Assembly (NCBI GenBank): GCA_965372445.1
Contig: CBDVCJ010000003.1
Span: forward strand, 1 to 32,013
From: an uncultured Thermoplasmata archaeon
GTDB lineage: Archaea > Thermoplasmatota > Penumbrarchaeia > JAEHCK01 > CBDVCJ01
Direction: 5' to 3'
Length of the DNA: 32,013 nucleotides
Every line of letters starts with the position of its first letter. Positions within the stretch are counted from its first letter, which is position 1. The notes below the pieces were generated by a model, which made no database searches, was not told the origin of the DNA, and saw only the letters and a program-made list of their open reading frames with translations. This document shows, piece by piece, positions 9,095 to 19,900 of this stretch. Made by a program: the position numbers and the translations under genes.

Positions 9095-12000
9095 ATGATT
9101 TTCAATAGGATCATAAAAAAAAGTTACAATTTAATATTAATATGTTTTATTTTAATGATCACTTTCGGATTATTTGATACTGATGGCTTCGGGCAGAGTG
9201 GATCAAACGCCCAAAATATTGCAGCGCAACCTTCGCCCCAAGAATTTTTTTCCCAGCCATCTGAAATGATGTTCAGAGGCAGTGCGAATCGCAGCGGGTT
9301 CTATGAAAGTGTCGTCGCACCGGAAACGAACGCGGTCTTCTGGACGTTCAACACCACCAATTCCAATACAGGCAATGGCGTATATTCAACAGCCTCAATA
9401 GTCGACGGGAAGGTCTATATCGGGTCTGGCAAAGCCAAATTGTTCTGTATTGATCTTGCAACAGGCGCACAAATCTGGAACTATTCCACCATCCCCGGCA
9501 GTTGGTCCCACGGTCAATCCAGCTCACCTGCCGTTGCAAATGATAGTGTTTTCATTGGGAACGATTTCATGCCACAATTGTGGTGTATCAACGCGACCAC
9601 CGGTGTGAAGAACTGGAATTTCTCGACGGGCGGTGGAGGTATGGAAGGTATATATTCTTCGCCTGCTACCGATAACGATTATGTATATATCGGGACCGAT
9701 AATGATAAAGTGTTTTGTCTACCCCAAGTCGACCCGACTCCGGATGGCATCCTCAGCATGTCGGAGATAATCTGGAAATTTGATGCACCGGATAATGTTT
9801 GGTCGTCACCTGCCGTTTCGGGCAACCGAGTTTATTTTGGCGCTGGAGACCATGGTTCGGCTGGCGCAAATAAATTATATTGTCTATATGATAATAACGG
9901 ATCGATCGATTGGACCTATCCCTCAGTAGGCAACATTCAGGATGTATTGTCGTCACCGGCGGTTGTGAACGGCAAGGTCTATTTTGGATCGAAGGACAAT
10001 AATGTTTATTCACTCTGGGCAAATAACGGCACATTGGCCTGGACTTACCCAACAGGCGGGGACGTCATAAGCTCGCCGGCGGTTGCATATGGTAGAGTTT
10101 ATATTGGCAGCGACGATGATAAATTGTACTGTCTTGATGCGAACACCGGCTCCAAGATCTGGGAGTATCAAACTGGTGGCGATATCTGGTCGTCACCAAG
10201 TGTTGCGGATAACAAGGTATATGTCGGCTCAAGTGATGGATATGTATATTGCCTGAATGCAACCGCCAATAGTGCCCAGAAACTTTGGGATTATTACATA
10301 TTTGGCGGTGGTTACGGTATTTGCTCTTCGCCGGCAATTGCGGATGGCAAGCTCGTCATCGGCGGGGTCGACACATCTGTGCCTAAGATATACTGTTTTG
10401 CGGATATTGATCTTATACCACCGACAATAATCCAGACCTATCCTTTAGACCAATCCACAGATATCCCCACAACAGTCGAGCTCGCGATCAATTTCAGCGA
10501 GCCAATGGATATGTCTACGATCACAACGGCTAATATTTTATTAAAAGATAGTTTTGATACACCGGTTGCGGGCACGGTAAATTATATAGCTGGTACGTCT
10601 TCGGCAACATTTACTGCCGACAATCTACTAGCTCGCGGCGAAACATATACCGCCACGGTATTAAGTGCGGTAACGGACCTTGCCGCGCTCGGGCTGGATG
10701 GTAATGATAACGGTCTCAGCGAAGGCTCGCCGCTCGACGATCACAGCTGGCAGTTCACCACCTCGCAGAACATCCCGCCGATGCTCTCAGATGCGAATCT
10801 CACACCGACCGAAGGTGATCTGGCTACGACATTCGAATATGGTATTACCTTCACAGATCTGGATAATGACACGCCAAAAATTGCGCCCGCATTCATTAGA
10901 GTTAATATTGATAGTGAATTAACTGGTAGAGATATGACATTGGATCCAAATGCACCATTTAACCTACGGGACGATAATTTCACGAATGGCGAGCGCTACA
11001 TCTACAGTACACAATTAACGAGCTATGGTATGCATACATATCAATTCAAATGCTCGGACGGTATCGATAACATTTCTTCAATTATTTTCAATAATCCGCT
11101 GGTATGGCATCCGCAGGAATTAACTACGATCCCTGACCAAGCCGCCACAGAAGATATAGAGTTGGTACTGGACCTGGTGGATTATATTTATGATGAGGAT
11201 ACTTCAATGAGCGAGCTGGTAATATCCGAGAATTCCAGTTATGCAAAGTTGGATGATCTCAATATAACCTTCAATTACCCGAATTCGTTCAATTATCCAA
11301 GCGGTAGAACTTACGAAATGGTGAAGATCAGTGTCTATGACCCAACCCGTGATCATAATATTTCGCAGGATGTCAAGATCAATGTGATCGCAGTAAATGA
11401 CCCCCCGGTGATCGCCGGCATCCCGGACCTGCAAGTATATGAAGATAAATCATTTACAATAAATGTATCCGCATTTATCAGCGACGAAGATAACACGCTT
11501 ACCGAATTAGAGATCTCGACGAATTCCAGTTATACGACCATTGAAGCCAAAAAGATCACGTTCTTATATCCGATCAATAGCGGCAAAACCCTGGAATTTG
11601 TTAAGATCATGGTTTTCGACGGTGGGCTCTATGCTGAACAGATAATTACAGTAACCGTAATACCAGAGGGCACGCCATTTATTTTATCACCAATCCCTGA
11701 CCAGTACGCAATTGAAGATATAGATCTGGTGGTGGCGATGACGGAGTATATAATACCCGTGGGAGTAACCGATATAAATGATCTTGAGCTCGAAATTAGC
11801 TCGAGTTACGGCACCATCTCAGCCACAACTTTAATTTTCAACTATCCGAATTCATTCAATTATCCAAGCGGCCGTGACTTTGAAATTGTGCAGTTGAACG
11901 TTACTTATGAAGCCTACACCGATTCTCAAAATTTTAAGATCAATGTCAATGCTGTAAATGATGAGCCGTATCTTACAGTCATAAAAGCGCCCTCGAAAAC

Positions 12001-12787
12001 TGTTGAAAATGTCTCAATTGTATTCAGGGTTGAATATTTTGATATGGATGGCAGTGAGAACCCGTTAGTTAAAGTTATGATCGAAGGAAATGAATATCAA
12101 CTGGAGTATATCTCGGGTAATATTCACGCTCTTGGAGGCATCTATGAACTGGAATTGGATTTCAAAGTTGGTGAATACAGCTATTATTATCTCGGTGATG
12201 ATAGGGCAAATGAAACTAATAGCGTCTATATTACCGATAACTACACCTTGACCGTAATTGAGGATTCAGGTTCTACCGAGGATTCGGATGCGGACGGCAT
12301 CCCCGACATTTGGGAGCTCAAATACGGCCTCAACCCGGATGACCCAACTGATGCCGCCAAAGACCCGGATGGCGACAATTACACGAATCTTGAGGAGTAC
12401 CTCGGCATAGACGGTAAACCCGGTGGTGATGATTCCTCGGACCCACATAATCCATTAGATATTCCGATCGAGGAAAAGGATCGCTCCGGCGGTACAAGCG
12501 AAACCGATGAAAGTGCGATCTTTATGTGGGTGGCGCTGGCAGTTATCATTGTAATTATAGTTGTGATCTTAATTGTGGTGTTGATATTGATACGTAAAAA
12601 AGGGCGGTTTGGCGAGAGGGTGCCGGATGAGCCGTACCCGCCCTATCGCGACGAGCCGCAACCCCCAGCGCCGCGGGAAGAGCCGCCGATGGCCAGACCT
12701 GTTGATGAGCCTGCCCCGCCGGCGCAATTTTCAACAACCCCGCCACCAGCCACTCAAATAGACTGGGACGAAGACCAGACTTTTTAA
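9095..12787 (+). CDS. Surface protein P1: PQQ/BamB-like 8-blade propeller, Big_5-like, cadherin-like stalk, TSP3-like Ca motif, TM, Pro-rich tail
   Basis: Repeats of the form SSPAV..GxVYIGS.D..LYCL...G..IW. INFSEPM Ig domain. AVND cadherin-like linkers. DSDADGIPDIWE motif. TM VALAVIIVIIVVILIVVLILI followed by RKK. Confidence 0.85.
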   Translation: MIFNRIIKKSYNLILICFILMITFGLFDTDGFGQSGSNAQNIAAQPSPQEFFSQPSEMMFRGSANRSGFYESVVAPETNAVFWTFNTTNSNTGNGVYSTASIVDGKVYIGSGKAKLFCIDLATGAQIWNYSTIPGSWSHGQSSSPAVANDSVFIGNDFMPQLWCINATTGVKNWNFSTGGGGMEGIYSSPATDNDYVYIGTDNDKVFCLPQVDPTPDGILSMSEIIWKFDAPDNVWSSPAVSGNRVYFGAGDHGSAGANKLYCLYDNNGSIDWTYPSVGNIQDVLSSPAVVNGKVYFGSKDNNVYSLWANNGTLAWTYPTGGDVISSPAVAYGRVYIGSDDDKLYCLDANTGSKIWEYQTGGDIWSSPSVADNKVYVGSSDGYVYCLNATANSAQKLWDYYIFGGGYGICSSPAIADGKLVIGGVDTSVPKIYCFADIDLIPPTIIQTYPLDQSTDIPTTVELAINFSEPMDMSTITTANILLKDSFDTPVAGTVNYIAGTSSATFTADNLLARGETYTATVLSAVTDLAALGLDGNDNGLSEGSPLDDHSWQFTTSQNIPPMLSDANLTPTEGDLATTFEYGITFTDLDNDTPKIAPAFIRVNIDSELTGRDMTLDPNAPFNLRDDNFTNGERYIYSTQLTSYGMHTYQFKCSDGIDNISSIIFNNPLVWHPQELTTIPDQAATEDIELVLDLVDYIYDEDTSMSELVISENSSYAKLDDLNITFNYPNSFNYPSGRTYEMVKISVYDPTRDHNISQDVKINVIAVNDPPVIAGIPDLQVYEDKSFTINVSAFISDEDNTLTELEISTNSSYTTIEAKKITFLYPINSGKTLEFVKIMVFDGGLYAEQIITVTVIPEGTPFILSPIPDQYAIEDIDLVVAMTEYIIPVGVTDINDLELEISSSYGTISATTLIFNYPNSFNYPSGRDFEIVQLNVTYEAYTDSQNFKINVNAVNDEPYLTVIKAPSKTVENVSIVFRVEYFDMDGSENPLVKVMIEGNEYQLEYISGNIHALGGIYELELDFKVGEYSYYYLGDDRANETNSVYITDNYTLTVIEDSGSTEDSDADGIPDIWELKYGLNPDDPTDAAKDPDGDNYTNLEEYLGIDGKPGGDDSSDPHNPLDIPIEEKDRSGGTSETDESAIFMWVALAVIIVIIVVILIVVLILIRKKGRFGERVPDEPYPPYRDEPQPPAPREEPPMARPVDEPAPPAQFSTTPPPATQIDWDEDQTF

Positions 12788-12881
12788 TTTAACTACTACT
12801 TTAGTGGTAGCAAGACTTATATAGCCAAGAGCAAGTATTGATTTTATTCTAGTGCCATTATAAAACTTGGATATATATTAA

Positions 12882-12939
12882 AAATCCCAAACTCAAAATC
12901 CCAATACTACCAAACAAATCCCAAACTCAAAATCCCAAT
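12882..12939. repeat. Perfect 24-bp direct repeat made of 7-mer units
   Basis: AAATCCCAAACTCAAAATCCCAAT at 12882-12905 and 12916-12939, 10 nt apart. Confidence 0.85.
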
Positions 12940-13032
12940 CACAAAACCTATTCTAATTAGGTTACGGTGTCTTAATCGTACTGTGTTAAAAAATAACATT
13001 ACCTAATCCATATTCATTGTTAAAGGGACTCG

Positions 13033-13118
13033 AACTACAGAGTCGCAGAGTGCACAGAGGCGAAATAGTATCCAGTTATTTTCTCTGTGTCCTCTGTGGC
13101 TCTGTGGTTGGTTTTTTT
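13033..13118 (+). repeat. Periodic (CACAGAG)3-type inverted repeat followed by a T-tract; possible terminator or attenuator
   Basis: AACTACAGAGTCGCAGAGTGCACAGAG (13033-13059) against CTCTGTGTCCTCTGTGGCTCTGTGGTT (13083-13109): 22/27 Watson-Crick, 4 G-U, 1 mismatch. TTTTTTT follows. Confidence 0.8.
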
Positions 13119-13145
13119 AACGACCATCTGAAGGAGATACAGGTC

Positions 13146-16100
13146 ATGAAGATCGATCAATTCCAAAAATTCATGCTTATTTTTTTATCTATTATAATTT
13201 TAATGGCCGCCAATTATTTTACAGTTGGCTTTGACAATGTCGATTCCAAGCTCGAGATGAATTTTGAAGATCCAAATATCGAGCTGACACGGTCATCTCA
13301 ACCGACCTCGAGAGCTACCGAGCGTACATTGAATGATTGGACGATGCACCTGTTTGATCCCGCACATAATTCATATACTACCGCAACGGGCCCTACAGAT
13401 GCGAATATTTTGTGGTGGAACACGACCGGCGACATCACATATAGTTCGCCCTGTGTTGCAAACGGGCGGGTATTTTTAGGTGTCGGTGATTCGATGAAAT
13501 GCTATTTCGAGAACAATGGCACTCTTAACTGGACAATGTACCCCGACCAACCCGTTACAGGTACTTTTGGGATAGCCTCTTCACCAGCTTATGCAAATGG
13601 CTGCATTTATTTCGGGGCGGATAAGATCTATTGTGTGTGGTCAACCAACGGCACGATACGCTGGAAGGTCAACAAGCCCAATATCAAACACGGCGACGGT
13701 TCACCGACCCTAGCTTATGGCAAGGTATTCATTACCGGCAGCGACCATAAACTCTATTGTATCGACCAGATCACTGGCGTGGTTTCCTGGACCTTTCTGA
13801 CCAAGACCACAGGAGTAGATAACTGGGGTTTATATGCAGCACCGGCAGTGGTGAATGGCAGAGTGTTTCTGGCGGCTTGTGATTACAACCTTTATCAGAT
13901 CAATGTGACCCAACCGACTAGTATTGCAACTGCCAATCACACATTTACGATGGGTTATGCATCCTATTCTTCACCTATAGTTGTAGGTGATAAAGTATAT
14001 GTGGGCTGTAGTTACATAGATACGAAAACCGTCAGCCGGTTCTATTGCCTGTGGTCAAGCAACCTTACCAAGATCTGGGAATTCTATCCCGGGGCGGCAA
14101 CCGGGTTCTTCAGCTCGGCGGGATATTACGATAAAAACATCTACATTGGGTCGATCGACGGTAACCTTTATTGTTTGAATGCCACAACCGGCTCGGAGAT
14201 CTGGAAATATGATATTGGCGGTACCTGGTCCTCACCTGCTATGACAGCCGAGCGTTTGTATATAGGTTCGAAAACGGGTTATATTTATTGTTTCAACACC
14301 ACCCAACCAGGCGCCCCCGATTATTATTGGCGCTATCAGATCACAGGCGAGGTCGATGCCTCGCCTTCGGTCGTACCCGGAAGGGTCTATATCGGCACGC
14401 ACGGCGGCGGTGGCAGGATCTATTGTTTTGGTACTAAAGATAATATCCCACCACAGGTAACTTCGCATTATCCCGCGAGCGGTGCTACAGATGTGCCTAT
14501 TACAATTGACATAAACGTGACATTTAACGAGCCATTAAACCCCACTACCATAACAACATCGAGCTTCATTGTAGCGGACAGTGGCGCAAATCCCGTGCCT
14601 GGCAAGATCACCTATGAGGCATTGACCCAGACCGCGCTCTTCAATCCCGATACCGCGCTGAAACGCGGTGAGGTTTATACTGTTACAATTACGACTGCGG
14701 TTCAGGACCAATGGACCAATACATTAGATGGCAATAAAAATAGTGTTCAAGATGGCTCGCCGGTGGATGACCACAGCTGGAGCTTCACGACTTCGTTGAA
14801 CAACCCGCCCACGCTTATACTCCCGACCGTAACGCCAATATCTGGGAATTTGAAGACAGACTTCGAGTTCAAGGTGGTTTATTCCGACCTGGACAATGAT
14901 ACCCCCGACCTTAATCCGGCATATATTCAGGTGTTTATTGATGATGATCTGACCGGGCGCATAATGAGTTTGAACATCTCGGCACCTGTAACTCTACGTG
15001 ACGGCGATTTCAGTAACGGAGAGGAATATATTTACAATACAACATTTTCTACTTACGGTTTACATAAATATAAATTCAGTTGTTTTGACGGGACAGATCA
15101 AAACGAAACGCAATATTTTTATAACCCAATGCTAACAGCCCAACCTGTGATCGACCCGCTCGACGAGCTGAATGCCTATGAAGATATAAATTTGATCTTA
15201 AACCTCGCCGATAAGATCCATGATGAGGATACGAACCTTACAGAGCTTATTATCACCGTAAACTCGAGCTATGCAACCCTTGAAGAGCTTAATGTTACCT
15301 TCAATTATCCGAACGAGTTCAATTATCCCAGTGGTAGGAATCATGAAATTGTAGCAATTAACGTATCAGATCCTATTCATAACGTGAGCCGAAATTTGAA
15401 AATCAATGTTTTTGCGATCAACGACCCCCCCGAGATCGCGGGTGTGCCGAATATCCAGGTCAATGAGGACGAATATTATTATTTGGACGTTACACCATTC
15501 TTAAGTGATGTTGACAACGAGCTGGACGAGCTAACGGTAACTGTAAACTCGAGCCATGCAACCGTAGATGCAAAAAATCTCACGTTTTATTACCCATTGG
15601 ATTCCGGAATAATATCCGAGCATGTAGAGATCGAGGTGTTTGATGGCGAGCTTTACGGTGTGCAATATATAATAGTATCGGTCATACCCGAGGGAGCACA
15701 TTTTGTATTATTACCAATCCTAGAACAGAATGCCATAGAAGATATAGATCTGATCGTAGATATGGCGGATTATATTGTGCCTTATGGTGATCTGGCTCTT
15801 GACGATTTTGGGTTTGAAACCAATTCGAGCTATTGTTTGATATCCGGCACCGAGCAGATATTTAATTACCCGAACGCGTTTAATTATCCAAGCGGCCGCA
15901 TATACGAGTTCGTGCAGGTTAATGTTACCTATGAAGATCAGACCGAATCTAAAAGTTTCAAGATCAATGTTCTGCCGGTAAATGACGGCCCCACATTAAC
16001 TGTAATTGAAGCTCCAAGTTTAGCGTTGGCAGATACGGTTCTAAGATTTGAAATCAAATATCTGGATGTCGACGGCGGTGAGAACCCAATAGTCGAGGTT

Positions 16101-16796
16101 GTTATTGGCGAGACTGGCTATCAGATGGACCTGGCCTCTGGAAATATACATGATGGGGACGCAGCCTATGAAAATGACCTGAAGCTGCCGGCTGGCAATT
16201 ATAAATATTACTACAGCGCGGATGACCGGGAAAATGAGATCAATAGTGTTTATAAAACCAATTTGTATAATTTAAAAATACTTGAATATTCGGAATACGG
16301 TGATGATACTGATAATGACTCGATCCCAGACGCTTGGGAGTTAAAACACGGCCTGGATCCCTTCGAACCCTCGGATGCCGCTGAAGACTCGGATGGGGAT
16401 AGCTATTCAAACCTTGAGGAGTTCTTGGGCTCTGATGACATACCTGGCGGCGGCGATTCAACCGACCCACAGGATCCATTGAACTTTCCGGTCCAAGATC
16501 TATCAGATGACAGGAAAGGGTCCGAGAGCCAGGATGATTACACTGCAATTGTGTTCGGGTTGGTGATTTTGATCGTTATACTACTTTTGGTGGTTTTTTC
16601 ACTTGTAAGGTACATTAAAAGATCTTCGGCCAATATACCTGAGCAAGGATATGTACCATCATATCAATCGAACCCGCCCTCCGGTACCGTATCAGCTCCG
16701 CCGCCACCACTAATGGCGCAGCCGGTAATAACCGAAACACCCGCCGAAGAACAAAGCATTGAAGAGGGCCAAGATGCTGAGGAAGATGAAGAATGA
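13146..16796 (+). CDS. Surface protein P2: PQQ/BamB-like propeller with the same stalk as P1
   Basis: Same domain order as P1. Start reassigned from TTG 13017 to ATG 13146: AAGGAG at 13131-13136, a signal-like sequence follows, and the upstream extension only translates the inverted repeat. Confidence 0.85.
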   Translation: MKIDQFQKFMLIFLSIIILMAANYFTVGFDNVDSKLEMNFEDPNIELTRSSQPTSRATERTLNDWTMHLFDPAHNSYTTATGPTDANILWWNTTGDITYSSPCVANGRVFLGVGDSMKCYFENNGTLNWTMYPDQPVTGTFGIASSPAYANGCIYFGADKIYCVWSTNGTIRWKVNKPNIKHGDGSPTLAYGKVFITGSDHKLYCIDQITGVVSWTFLTKTTGVDNWGLYAAPAVVNGRVFLAACDYNLYQINVTQPTSIATANHTFTMGYASYSSPIVVGDKVYVGCSYIDTKTVSRFYCLWSSNLTKIWEFYPGAATGFFSSAGYYDKNIYIGSIDGNLYCLNATTGSEIWKYDIGGTWSSPAMTAERLYIGSKTGYIYCFNTTQPGAPDYYWRYQITGEVDASPSVVPGRVYIGTHGGGGRIYCFGTKDNIPPQVTSHYPASGATDVPITIDINVTFNEPLNPTTITTSSFIVADSGANPVPGKITYEALTQTALFNPDTALKRGEVYTVTITTAVQDQWTNTLDGNKNSVQDGSPVDDHSWSFTTSLNNPPTLILPTVTPISGNLKTDFEFKVVYSDLDNDTPDLNPAYIQVFIDDDLTGRIMSLNISAPVTLRDGDFSNGEEYIYNTTFSTYGLHKYKFSCFDGTDQNETQYFYNPMLTAQPVIDPLDELNAYEDINLILNLADKIHDEDTNLTELIITVNSSYATLEELNVTFNYPNEFNYPSGRNHEIVAINVSDPIHNVSRNLKINVFAINDPPEIAGVPNIQVNEDEYYYLDVTPFLSDVDNELDELTVTVNSSHATVDAKNLTFYYPLDSGIISEHVEIEVFDGELYGVQYIIVSVIPEGAHFVLLPILEQNAIEDIDLIVDMADYIVPYGDLALDDFGFETNSSYCLISGTEQIFNYPNAFNYPSGRIYEFVQVNVTYEDQTESKSFKINVLPVNDGPTLTVIEAPSLALADTVLRFEIKYLDVDGGENPIVEVVIGETGYQMDLASGNIHDGDAAYENDLKLPAGNYKYYYSADDRENEINSVYKTNLYNLKILEYSEYGDDTDNDSIPDAWELKHGLDPFEPSDAAEDSDGDSYSNLEEFLGSDDIPGGGDSTDPQDPLNFPVQDLSDDRKGSESQDDYTAIVFGLVILIVILLLVVFSLVRYIKRSSANIPEQGYVPSYQSNPPSGTVSAPPPPLMAQPVITETPAEEQSIEEGQDAEEDEE

Positions 16797-16908
16797 GCTA
16801 TATGACTTAACAATTGATATTAATAATAGTAATACTTAAATATCTTCGAAAAAATTCTGTTTTATTAGTTAAAAATTATATAAATTAAATAAGCGGAGGC
16901 TTTGAACA

Positions 16909-19900
16909 ATGTCTAAAAGTACTTCAGTAAAAATAACTACTATAACTATATCAATATTGATTATTCTAGGTATTGCAACCTCGGTCTTTGGCACTCTTGC
17001 TTCGCCCTCAACCCGCGGCACCCCGCGTTCATTAGAGTTCCTCGACGCTTCGACCGGACTTCCGAGTGGCGATTACAATTTCGTAGCGTTCGGCAACTTC
17101 AACGGCGATTCCTATGTCGATATGGCATTTGGCGGCGAAGATTACGGCGGCACTGCAAATACGCAAGGATTATACGCCTATACCGGCAACGGCGGTACAA
17201 GCTGGACTTCGGCCTCGACGGGCCTCCCAGGTCCAGGAACCGATACCTTTGGCGGGTTGGGGTTTGGCGATGCCGATAACGACGGCAACATCGAGCTTTT
17301 CGCGGCTTATGAAGGTGCATGGGGCAGTGCATCTCCGAACGGCGTTGGGGCTTGGGAATATAGTGGTGGTACTTGGTCTACCTTGGGTATAACCTCACCT
17401 CATACTTCCGGGAATGTGGATAATATCGTTTTTATGAATATAACCGGTAATAGCGGTTTTGATCTACTTGTAACCAATGGCGGCAGTGGTTTAAAATATT
17501 ACGAAGGCTCGGGTTCAAGCCCGGTTTCATGGACCGAATACTCTACGGGTCTGGAAACCTCTTATGAGTATACCGCAGCAACCGCCGCGGATATGAACAA
17601 GGACGGGCGTATCGACATTATTGCAGGTACTTATAATAATCAAGGCGTGAAGTTTTATACCCAAGATGCCGGCGGCACAAGTTGGACACTACAGTCAGGC
17701 GGCGGCATTCCAACAAGCGGTACCTTGCTTGGTGTGACGGTTGGAGATGTTAATAATGATACTCACATGGATATCGTATATGGAACACACGGTGGAATGT
17801 ATATTAAATTAGGTAATAGCGGCGGGGGCACGGGCACGAATTTCGTGTGGACGACCCCGACATTAGCAAGTGAAGGTTTACCCGCAAGTGCCAGATCAAA
17901 TAGATTCTGCCAGATCCAACTTGCGGATTTTGATAAAGATACCGACTTGGACCTTCTCGGACCTAAAGCCGACGGCACCGGAGGTCTTCATTTGTATACC
18001 GGGAATGGCTCCGCCAACCCCGGCACCAACCTAGCCTGGACCGAAGTTATCGGCTCGGGACTTGCGACTTCGGGCATCTATTACGGTTCGAATTATGCTG
18101 ATTTTGATAATGATGGTGACTTAGATATTGGCGGCGCAGCGTGGGGGAATGGCGGCGCTAATGCCTGGCTGAATAACCTATCACTGGCACCCCCTACTGT
18201 AGTATCAGTTTCGCCGATGAATGGTGCGGTGGATGTGCCGATAACAACCGAGATCGTCGCGAATTTCAGTAAAGCTATGTTACCATCGAGCATTACCACA
18301 TCAACTTTTATCCTTAAGGACAGCACACTAAATACTGTGGCAGGCCAGATATTTTATAATACAACTGCAAAATCCGCGACCTTCACGCCCGACAACGATT
18401 TGAAACTCGGCGAAACCTACGAAGTTACATTATTGAGCACAATTCAAGATCTCTTTTCAACATTTCTTGACGGTAATGGCAACGGCACACTCGAAGGCTC
18501 TCCTATTGATGATTACGTCTGGACTTTCACGACCTCCTGGAACGTGCCACCGAGCCTGACCAATATGAATGTCACACCGGCAGTGGGCGACCTTTCAACC
18601 GAGTTCGAGTATAGCGTGATCTATTGGGATTCCAATAACGACACGCCCGAGCTTGGCGCGGCGTATTTAAATGTGCATATCGACGCGGAACTTGTCGGGC
18701 GCGCTATGAACTTGAACACCACAACACTATCATACCTTCGCGACGGTAATTTCAGCAATGGCGAGCAATATATCTATCAAACAACCCTCCCGAGCTACGG
18801 GCTGCATAATTACACATTCGCTTGTTTTGACGGGATTGATATGAATGATACTGCGATCTTCGATAATCCATTAGTACTCGCCAAACCCGTCATAGCTCCG
18901 ATAAATGATCTTATGGCGTTCGAAGATATTGATCTTATTCTTGATCTCACGGATATTATACATGACGATGATACGAATAAGAACGACCTGGAAATTACAA
19001 TAAATTCAAGTTATGCAGATCTCGTTGATCTTAATATCACATTTAACTATCCAAATGAATTCAATTATCCCAGCGGCCGTAATTATGAAATTGTCGCAAT
19101 TAATGTCTCGGACACCGTATTTGAGGTAAACCGTGATGTGAAAGTTAATGTTGTTGCTGTCAATGACGCGCCGCAGATCTCAGGGCTATCAAATATCCCG
19201 GTTAATGAAGACCAGCAATATGTTTTAGATGTGAGCACGCAAGTAAGCGACATAGATAACGCTCACGACGAACTGACGATCAGCACCAATTCCAGCTATG
19301 CATTGGTAACGGGCAAAAATATCACGTTCTATTACCCGGTAGATTCGGGGATACTTTATGAATATGTCAAGATCGAGGTTGATGACGGCGACCTTGCCGC
19401 CCATCAAAACATTACCGTTACAGTAATACCCGAAGGTGTGTTATTCGTTCTTCTACCTATACCAGACAAATATACATTTGAAGATACAGACCTGGTTGTC
19501 GATATGGAGGATTACCTTACGCCTGGAGATGGCGTATCGATCAATGATCTTGTGCTGGAGATCAATTCGAGTTATGGCGTTGTCTCCGGTACCGAGCTTA
19601 TTTTTAATTACCCGAACTCGTTCAATTATCCAAGCGGCCGTTCTTTCGAATCCGTCGAAGTAAATGTATCGTTGCCAGACCAGGCTTGGAAATCCACAAG
19701 TTTTAAGATCAACGTTCAACCCGTGAACGATGCACCATATTTGACAAATGCAGATGTCAGCCCAGACACTGGTGATGAGAATACTCAATTTACGTTCAGT
19801 GTTAATTACATTGATATTGATGGGAGCGAAAATCAGGTTGTTAATGTTGTGATCGATGATTCGAGCTATGCGATGACCTATATCACTGGAAATAAAAATC

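Noticed and set aside
13017-13145. N-terminal extension of P2 from TTG 13017
   Set aside because: It translates the palindrome (FLCVLCGSVV). The SD and signal peptide fit ATG 13146.
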